Part shown: positions 57,080 to 64,000 of the stretch, one piece after another | Layout of the letters: every line of letters starts with the position of its first letter | How positions within the stretch are numbered: the stretch's first letter is position 1 | IMG/VR virus record: IMGVR_UViG_3300022745_000628 | Span: 64,001-128,000 of that record | Length of the DNA: 64,000 bases | DNA from: a virus | Direction: 5' to 3' (one strand) | Translations under genes and position numbers: made by a program | Notes under the pieces: generated by a model | Database searches by the model: none | The model's input: the letters and a program-made list of their open reading frames with translations, nothing else | Told to the model about the DNA's origin: nothing

Positions 57080-57855
57080 TGGCAATTCCGGATTACATCG
57101 ATAAAACACTGCCTTTGGCTAGTGGCGGGCGCGCAGCTCAAACCGAGCCGTTTATCAGCGAATACAACGCCTGGAAAGCGGATCGTACACCTACCACCAC
57201 CGGAGCTTTGTTACAGGCCGTTAATCCGTTACTTACCAGTATGGCCGCGCGCTACGACGACAGCCCTAATTTAAAAGGGCAGGCTAAGTTGCTGGCTTTA
57301 AATGCTTTTGATACTTACGATCCTGCAAAAGGCACACTTCGTAACCATCTAATTTCGCATTTATCCGGCTTACAGCGCCAGTCAGCTAAAAATGACCAGA
57401 TTATCTCCATACCCGAGCGGATCGTAATAGATCAGAGTAACTTACGTAACGCCGAAAAAGAACTATCGGACGAGCTCGGTCGGGATCCTACCGATATAGA
57501 GTTAGCTAATCACAGCGGAGTGCCGCTGAAACGCATAGGGTATATTCGCAAAGCACGTCACGCGATTAACAGCAGTCGGTTTGTCGATGAGGCCGGCGAA
57601 CAGTATTCCCCTGCGTCCGCTATTCCTGAAAATAACGCTATGGCGGATGTTTGGCAAAATATCGTGTATCACGATCTGAGCCCGACGGACCAGCTTATTA
57701 TGGAACACAGCTTGGGATTGCGCGGTAAACCTGTTTTAGAAAACCGCGCGTTAGCTTCTAAGCTAGGAATTAGCGCAGGCGCGGTTAGCCAGCGGAAAGC
57801 TAAGATTCAACAGGCCTTGGATGAGCGGTTCCAACACACGGTATTTGGTGAATAA
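57079..57855 (+). CDS. RNA polymerase sigma factor, sigma-70 family (group 3, FliA/SigF-like architecture)
   Basis: Region 2 AFDTYDPAKGTLRNHL, IPER; region 3 ELSDELGRDPTDIELA; region 4 LSPTDQLIM..LASKLGISAGAVSQR. Confidence 0.8.
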   Translation: MAIPDYIDKTLPLASGGRAAQTEPFISEYNAWKADRTPTTTGALLQAVNPLLTSMAARYDDSPNLKGQAKLLALNAFDTYDPAKGTLRNHLISHLSGLQRQSAKNDQIISIPERIVIDQSNLRNAEKELSDELGRDPTDIELANHSGVPLKRIGYIRKARHAINSSRFVDEAGEQYSPASAIPENNAMADVWQNIVYHDLSPTDQLIMEHSLGLRGKPVLENRALASKLGISAGAVSQRKAKIQQALDERFQHTVFGE

Positions 57856-58316
57856 TGGCCAATTCTGGCGGAACAGCGGGAACTCCAAAAAGTGCTATCG
57901 ATACCAACTTCAATCGGTATCTAGAGAAGCTGCGCATCAACGCAGCGGTATTGCAAAATGCATTTCAAGGTAAAACACAGCGGAAATGGCTGGCGGTCGA
58001 CAACGCTGGATTAGATCCGAGCGTTTTACCTGACCGGCTTCTAGAACGCAAAAACTTAAACGCTGCTTACGACGAAATAACCGGATCCGGCACTCCGGGT
58101 ACTCTAGGCGACATAATAGCTACCAAATTGCAGCTGGACTATTTAGCTATGGCAGAACGCGCTGCGCGAGCTCGCGCCGTCAGTTTGCCGAGAGCGGCGG
58201 CGTTAGCACACGGACGCAGATACGGTCAAGCACACGGCGCTATTTTCACAGACGCTCCCGGAGGAATACCGCACGCGATTAGCAATTACATTCGATCGGG
58301 AGGGCTATCCCGATAA
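57855..58316 (+). CDS. Hypothetical baseplate-region protein
   Basis: 153 aa, TAATG-coupled on both sides. Confidence 0.55.
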   Translation: MANSGGTAGTPKSAIDTNFNRYLEKLRINAAVLQNAFQGKTQRKWLAVDNAGLDPSVLPDRLLERKNLNAAYDEITGSGTPGTLGDIIATKLQLDYLAMAERAARARAVSLPRAAALAHGRRYGQAHGAIFTDAPGGIPHAISNYIRSGGLSR

Positions 58317-58780
58317 TGGCCAATACCTATGACATCATTGCCTTTTCCGGTGCCGGATTTGACACGTTGCGATTAACTACGCAGTCGATTTTCTATTCGG
58401 ACGGGGAAGCGTCGCTTTGCACGGGTATTCAAAAACTCTGCCAGAAGTGGCTTTTGGAATTCCTGACTGCCCGAGGGTCGATGGGATTTCATTTAGCCAA
58501 TCGCGGAACAGATTTTCTAAGAGTATTTCGCGAACGACAATTTAACTCTGAAAGCGATGTACGTAGTCAATTCAATTTTGCTAGTACGCTTGTCTATAAC
58601 AATCTGATTAGCGATTGGACAGCCGCTACGCCGGACGATGAGAAACTCGGGTCTGCCGTACTGAACGGTATAGTCTTGTCCCCCGGTACACTATTGTTAA
58701 CCGTACAAATCACAAGTGTGGCGGGTACAAGCGCTACATTCAAAACACCAATTACAGTACTGCCAGCACTAGCAATATGA
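58316..58780 (+). CDS. Baseplate wedge protein, gp25/GPW-like
   Basis: TGIQKLCQKWLLEFLT.RGS..RGTDF, PDDEKL; directly before baseplate J. Confidence 0.6.
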   Translation: MANTYDIIAFSGAGFDTLRLTTQSIFYSDGEASLCTGIQKLCQKWLLEFLTARGSMGFHLANRGTDFLRVFRERQFNSESDVRSQFNFASTLVYNNLISDWTAATPDDEKLGSAVLNGIVLSPGTLLLTVQITSVAGTSATFKTPITVLPALAI

Positions 58781-60405
58781 CTATAAAAGTAAAGTCAGTG
58801 TCTGAACTTAACAGTTTGGATGTACAAAGCAATCAAGCGTTAATGTCGCAAATCATAGGTGCTGCATACCCCGAGCTAGACACAAGTCGCGGTGTAATCC
58901 ACGACGTTATTTGTTTTTTAGCTGGCGGTGTCGTAAACGGTGTGACGCAGACAGAATTGCAACGTGTTTATGACTCGCGCAGCTTACTTGCTGTAAAAGC
59001 AGATCCGACCAAATACGATGCGGATGTACTAGACAACATCCTGTCTAATTTTTTTATCGAGCGTAACGCGGCATCTACGGCGGTTGGCAATATTACAGTC
59101 GTAATATCTGACAATGTTACGACCGTAATACCTAGCGGGGATATTTGGGCGATTGGTGGACTACAGTTCAAGACAATTTACTCTGTAGTAGCTCGTGTAA
59201 CTGGTACCACTATTATTGCTGGTAACGACAGAGCCATCTTTTCGCGAGGAGACGGCACGTACGAGTTTACTATTCCAGTTATCGCAGTCACAGCCGGAAG
59301 CGCTGGTAATATGCGCGCTGGTTTGACTGCTGTGCCGGCGTCCCCTGCCGCTAGATTCGTAAAGGCTTATACATCGGAAGATTTTACTGGCGGTGCCGAT
59401 TCAGAATCAGTGGACAAACTTATCGACAGAGTTATTAAAGGTATTCCTGCGCCGGTAGCCGCCGGCGGCAGTAATTTACAATCGATGCTGCGGCGTTACG
59501 GACCTTACCCTACGGCAGAGTTTTCGATAGTCGGTTTCGGTAACCGAGCGCAGTTGCGAGACAAACGCTCTTTGTTTCCGATCGCAACAGGTGGAAAAGT
59601 AGATGTCTACGCTAGAACTGCCGTCAACACTATAACGATTAACAAGCGCAAACAATGCGTTTTACAAGAAGTCCTCGGACCTAAATCTAGTTTGTGGTCC
59701 GCCCATATCTTAAAAACCGATTTCCCAGGTTTTTACAGAGCTCTGTCGGCTAGCAATTCCACCACTAACGTTGGAAACTCGTTCCCTATCGAAAGCACGC
59801 TGAAATCGATTAATCTGGAAGATTACGATTCTGCGCCGGACATTCAAAACAATACAGAAGGCGCGTTCTCCGCGTTCCAGACAGCTACTCTTACGTTTAT
59901 AGATACGCTGACAGACACTTCAACGCTGACGCCAGGAGACACGGCGTACTACAGCATTGCGTTAAACGGACAGCCGGGTATTGCCGAATTACAGCAAGTC
60001 GTCAGCGATAGTGCTCACCGTATGTGGAGCGGCGATGTATTGATCAAAGCTGCGGTACCTGCCGAGATATTCATAGATATATCGGTGGATAACGGCAGCG
60101 TCAGCCTTTCAGACGCGGATAAACAAATTATTCAAGCTGCGGCAGCTAGCGCAGCCACTCCAGCAGGTTTTCCTGGCAAAGTGTACTTATCCGATATGAT
60201 CCGCGCGGCAGCTACGGCATTGCCAATAGGTACACAGCTTAGACGGCTTAGTGCGTACGCTACTGTGTTGCAGACAGACGGTACTGAGCTTCACATCTCA
60301 AATAGCACAGAGCTGACCATCCCGGATTTGCCAGATCAAGGGGTTACAGCTGCCACAGTAGGTTTCTTCTGTCACCCTTCCAACGTGAGCGTATCCACAA
60401 ATTAA
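58777..60405 (+). CDS. Baseplate J-like wedge protein
   Basis: YPELDTSRGVIHD, IERNAASTAVGNITV, AVTAGSAGN, FTGGADSESVDKLIDR. Confidence 0.8.
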   Translation: MTIKVKSVSELNSLDVQSNQALMSQIIGAAYPELDTSRGVIHDVICFLAGGVVNGVTQTELQRVYDSRSLLAVKADPTKYDADVLDNILSNFFIERNAASTAVGNITVVISDNVTTVIPSGDIWAIGGLQFKTIYSVVARVTGTTIIAGNDRAIFSRGDGTYEFTIPVIAVTAGSAGNMRAGLTAVPASPAARFVKAYTSEDFTGGADSESVDKLIDRVIKGIPAPVAAGGSNLQSMLRRYGPYPTAEFSIVGFGNRAQLRDKRSLFPIATGGKVDVYARTAVNTITINKRKQCVLQEVLGPKSSLWSAHILKTDFPGFYRALSASNSTTNVGNSFPIESTLKSINLEDYDSAPDIQNNTEGAFSAFQTATLTFIDTLTDTSTLTPGDTAYYSIALNGQPGIAELQQVVSDSAHRMWSGDVLIKAAVPAEIFIDISVDNGSVSLSDADKQIIQAAAASAATPAGFPGKVYLSDMIRAAATALPIGTQLRRLSAYATVLQTDGTELHISNSTELTIPDLPDQGVTAATVGFFCHPSNVSVSTN

Positions 60406-60418
60406 CGAGTTCAATTTT

Positions 60419-61963
60419 TTGCCGTCAGTTTTTGACGACGCTGAACAATTCGCACATCAGCTGGGAAGCTGGTGGTGCGGAGATTATGACGGCGCCGATC
60501 AAATTTATGGCGTAGTACAAGCGATGCTGAGAATTGCTAAATCCAACGACGAAGATGTCGATAGGATTGTGGATAGCTACGCTCGTACTAAAATCGCGCC
60601 GTTACGTACCAAAACATGGATGCGGCTACGCTTGCCGCGAATTCGACTGCAACCCGCCGGAGATCGGTCGTACGATACAGATATTAATTTTGATGACGGC
60701 TGGGAATACGACGTAGACCGTACGCAACCGAGGTTTGTATACGAACTGCCCAAAAATATCGTGGATATAGCCGCGCTTGCAAACTATCCAGCTGCTCCAG
60801 ATGCCGTGCTTACTGGCGGATTGGATTTCATAATTGAAAACAATCGCGTAATCAGTAATTACGATTTACTAGAGTTTCAAAACGTGCTTGAAACAGAAGA
60901 CACCGGGGTAGACAGCTTTGATGCTGATAACGTCGAAATATGGGCCTATGGCGTAAGTATCGATTATTCGGACATGTATCGGCTATTCGGATATATAGCT
61001 CAGATAAAGAAAGCTTCGTCGGAACAATACAATCGAATAGTCAACACATACCTAGACTGTCTGATTAGTGGTGTTACCGAGAACACGCTGTTCAATTTCA
61101 TATTGGCGTGCTTCGACGAACCACAAGTCAAAAATGACGTCGAAATAGTAGAAGCCATATACGCTAATGCTACTGAGCACACGATTATTACGGATCGCGA
61201 AGTATACAAGCACTCGAGTTTCAATACCACTCTCGTAGCAGTCGGCGATGTAGTTCGTAAAGGAAACGTATTGTCCGATGCAATACAGTTGTTCGAAAAC
61301 CTTGCCGATGCAAATCTTGTCACAGCGTTGATAGATTTACCATTTTTGGCGCCATGCCTTAAATTTCCGGTAATCCTGGAAAACAGAGACTTACCGCTAA
61401 TAATTACGAATTTGCACGGATTTACAAAACTCAGTTGGGAACTTCCCGGCGATACAGCACAAGCTGACGAATTTTTTGATTATGTGCACGAGCAAGGTTT
61501 AGCCGCAACCCGGCAAGATATTACGTGTGTGGATCGAAAATATATAGTAACTGTGCCAGATGGCCCTAAAGGTGTAAAAAGTTACCATAAGGGTACACTG
61601 GCTCACTATTTAGATACGCGGGTTAATTTAACAAGTGAGCCAACTAGCGCCACACTGCCCACTACTATCAATCCGTACAAGTTTTTTGCAAAAAACGTGT
61701 TTCAATCTAATCTGGCGGTAATAGTTGTAAAACTACCGCCAAGATTTCAAGGCAAGAATTTGGACGTGTTGCGTAAGGTGTGGGCGCTCCTTCCGCCAAC
61801 GAATAACATATATTTTGTGCTAGAATTGCCTACACAGGTCGAAAGTATTGGTCCTAGTTTTGTAACTACCGGAATTGACGTTTCACACGGCGCTATTATC
61901 CAACCGTTAGAAATTGATGCCTCAGTAGTCGATGTCGCGACGGTAACATTCCGAGAAATCTAG
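60419..61963 (+). CDS. Baseplate wedge protein (start uncertain, TTG)
   Basis: 514 aa after baseplate J. Confidence 0.55.
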   Translation: MPSVFDDAEQFAHQLGSWWCGDYDGADQIYGVVQAMLRIAKSNDEDVDRIVDSYARTKIAPLRTKTWMRLRLPRIRLQPAGDRSYDTDINFDDGWEYDVDRTQPRFVYELPKNIVDIAALANYPAAPDAVLTGGLDFIIENNRVISNYDLLEFQNVLETEDTGVDSFDADNVEIWAYGVSIDYSDMYRLFGYIAQIKKASSEQYNRIVNTYLDCLISGVTENTLFNFILACFDEPQVKNDVEIVEAIYANATEHTIITDREVYKHSSFNTTLVAVGDVVRKGNVLSDAIQLFENLADANLVTALIDLPFLAPCLKFPVILENRDLPLIITNLHGFTKLSWELPGDTAQADEFFDYVHEQGLAATRQDITCVDRKYIVTVPDGPKGVKSYHKGTLAHYLDTRVNLTSEPTSATLPTTINPYKFFAKNVFQSNLAVIVVKLPPRFQGKNLDVLRKVWALLPPTNNIYFVLELPTQVESIGPSFVTTGIDVSHGAIIQPLEIDASVVDVATVTFREI

Positions 61964-61964
61964 T

Positions 61965-62558
61965 ATGCTAACTCCGATTCAGAACAAAATACTTGGGACA
62001 GTAACATTCAAAGACTTAGAGGGTAATTTTATTGCCCAAGTCCAGAATCAGTTGCAACTCGATTGGGCCATAATTGCCTCGAAATGTCTAGGATTTGGCG
62101 ATAGGGCGTACCGCATCAGCGCGATTTACGTTGAATATGAAAATCTCGAGGATGGCGGGGATACCGTAGCGTTGCCGGAGTTTGGTCGAGATTCTGGTGT
62201 GGAATATTACACCGGGCTAGCCGGATCTGCTGTACGAGATTACCTACGTATCTCGCTAGCTGCGCTACCTATGCCCGGCGTAGTAGACGGCACACAAGAT
62301 TATTACGGGGATGATCCTGAAATTGGTAACAAGCTAAGCTTTCTAGCTATTACAAACGGATCCGTCGGAGTTAACGGATTAGCTTTTGCGGACGGTGTCA
62401 ATTCTAAGATCTTTGGTGTTGCTTTAGCGGCTACCCCGAATGTTAACGATCCAACTGCTGACTTGATCTTTGCACGCACATATTTAGAGGGCGCAGATCA
62501 AATCCTGGTGCCAACTAACGCTCGGTACGCAATAACCTGGGAGACGGCATTCCTGTAA
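61965..62558 (+). CDS. Baseplate/fibre-attachment protein
   Basis: 197 aa after wedge genes. Confidence 0.5.
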   Translation: MLTPIQNKILGTVTFKDLEGNFIAQVQNQLQLDWAIIASKCLGFGDRAYRISAIYVEYENLEDGGDTVALPEFGRDSGVEYYTGLAGSAVRDYLRISLAALPMPGVVDGTQDYYGDDPEIGNKLSFLAITNGSVGVNGLAFADGVNSKIFGVALAATPNVNDPTADLIFARTYLEGADQILVPTNARYAITWETAFL

Positions 62559-62559
62559 G

Positions 62560-64000
62560 ATGTACACAAAATTTCCAAATGCCGTCCCGCAAATAACTTA
62601 CGGTGGCAATGTTCGCTCTGACACAATCAATAAGATTGCAAACGAGCTTGCTAGCCGCACGAATTATTTATTGGATCAACTTAACGAAGTAACCGCGGGT
62701 AGCGCGTTAGTTATCACTAACGAACCATGCACATCAGAAGTCACTGCGTTTAACGCCGTGTACTGGAATGCTGACGATCGGCTATTTGAGCCGGCATTAT
62801 CACAAATTGTGACGACCACTGGCGGAGAATACGTAGTAGGTCCGTCGGCACTGGCAATAGGCATAACCACCGTAAAAAATGGCGTAAATCTCTGCGATAT
62901 CACGATTGGCGGGCGTATAGCTATGACCGCTGATCAAGTAGCGATACTTATAAATAACGAAACGCCTGTAAGCGGGCTGCTGTATCTTTCGGCGACTATC
63001 CCAGGTAAATTGACGACATCAAAGCCGTTAGCCGCTATTCCAGTTGGCGTACTGCTCACTCCGTCGAATTCTTGTCGAACTACCTATCAAGTTATTCTCG
63101 GGGCTGGCTGTCTGGCCGGAGACATTAACAAAACGTCAACACACGAGTACCGCTTGTACGCCGTACCGGCTGGCGATCACGTACCGCCGGATGTAGGCAA
63201 CCCGCACACTATTTTGAATCCGGATTCAGCCAGCCACGGATGGCTGCCAGCCGATGACGCAATATTTAACGGGGCAGCGCCAGACGGGGCAGTATTCGGG
63301 TACAACATCTCGCAAGACCCTACTTTGGCAAATATATGGCCACCGAGCGGTAAACAAGTATTGGTAGAGTTTTATTCGTCCAGCGACATCGGAATTGTCG
63401 GACTAAAAGAAGTCCCGACGCATTTTTATATTGTCGACGACACCACTATTTGGTGGACTACGGATTGTTATAGCAAAGTGCCTTGGGATTATCTGCTTAA
63501 CACGGTAGATCCGCCAGATCCGCCAGAAGACTGCGCTATACCAGCGCCAACAGAGATGATCTTACGATTTGATCGCTCGTTTCTGGATAACGCTACACGA
63601 GTAGTTACGAAGTTATCCGGCACTGACGACAAATTGATTACGTTTGTAAACGCCGCAGGACAAGAAGCTAGCCGCGGAGACTTGAAGGCCAAGTTCAATG
63701 CGGATATCGCAATCACAAATTCAGCGGCCACTGGCTCTACCGCAATTAAATCCGTAGGGCCTGGCTTTACGTTTACATCCGGTAAGGTAGTGGAGGGCGT
63801 GCGAAGTTTGTCTAGCACGTTAATAGTTACAGGCACAGAAAGTCGGCTGATCGATCCAGGTCAAGCGGAGTCGGACTCAAACTACCGTATTTACCAGGGT
63901 ATCGTATCTGTTGAAAGCACACCTAGCGCTTTCGGACTGGACATATCGCCTACTCTGGTGCGCCTAGGCGACAGCTTGCAACGTGCATACAACGACATCA
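62560..64000 (+). CDS. Baseplate-attached fibre/structural protein, 3'-truncated by window end (absent from track)
   Basis: ATG at 62560; MYTKFPNAVPQITYGGNVRSDTINKIANELASRTNYL...; in frame at spot checks (63001, 63961) with no stop seen. Confidence 0.65.
   Translation, partial: MYTKFPNAVPQITYGGNVRSDTINKIANELASRTNYLLDQLNEVTAGSALVITNEPCTSEVTAFNAVYWNADDRLFEPALSQIVTTTGGEYVVGPSALAIGITTVKNGVNLCDITIGGRIAMTADQVAILINNETPVSGLLYLSATIPGKLTTSKPLAAIPVGVLLTPSNSCRTTYQVILGAGCLAGDINKTSTHEYRLYAVPAGDHVPPDVGNPHTILNPDSASHGWLPADDAIFNGAAPDGAVFGYNISQDPTLANIWPPSGKQVLVEFYSSSDIGIVGLKEVPTHFYIVDDTTIWWTTDCYSKVPWDYLLNTVDPPDPPEDCAIPAPTEMILRFDRSFLDNATRVVTKLSGTDDKLITFVNAAGQEASRGDLKAKFNADIAITNSAATGSTAIKSVGPGFTFTSGKVVEGVRSLSSTLIVTGTESRLIDPGQAESDSNYRIYQGIVSVESTPSAFGLDISPTLVRLGDSLQRAYNDI

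Noticed and set aside
43125-62558. Tailocin or extracellular contractile injection system
   Set aside because: Protease, scaffold, decoration, capsid and neck genes are present, so this is a complete phage virion module
1-64000. Alternative genetic code (stop-codon reassignment)
   Set aside because: Long ORFs are uninterrupted in the standard code and TAA, TAG and TGA all end genes at tight gene junctions
1-64000. CRISPR array, tRNA or rRNA genes
   Set aside because: No spaced direct repeats or cloverleaf-like sequence seen in the short intergenic regions

Overview
A 64-kb, single-strand-coded (+) segment of a large myovirus-type phage genome containing the virion morphogenesis region. From left to right: (1) a phage-encoded bacterial-type multisubunit RNA polymerase with an unusual cut, a beta::beta'-N fusion (963-5444) and a separate beta'-C gene (8973-11822) carrying two related mini-inteins in the bridge helix and trigger loop, interleaved with Gly-zipper proteins and a solo IS607-like tnpB element; (2) a head module (K-x-A-rich core/scaffold proteins, prohead protease, decoration protein, HK97-fold capsid); (3) about 15 kb of fibre/appendage genes, including a duplicated fibre+small-partner cassette; (4) neck, sheath, tube, VgrG/gp5-like spike, chaperones with a -1 slippery site, tape measure and baseplate genes, with a sigma-70-family factor sitting inside the baseplate cluster. 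Notable hand-read signals: a pervasive K-x-A-(A/S) motif in head-module proteins (candidate maturation-protease site) and CsrA/RsmE-consensus hairpins over the ribosome-binding sites of the four high-copy structural genes. No tRNA, rRNA, CRISPR array, terminase or clear portal was recognised. All family assignments come from remembered motifs, not database searches; the host is not determinable from this window.
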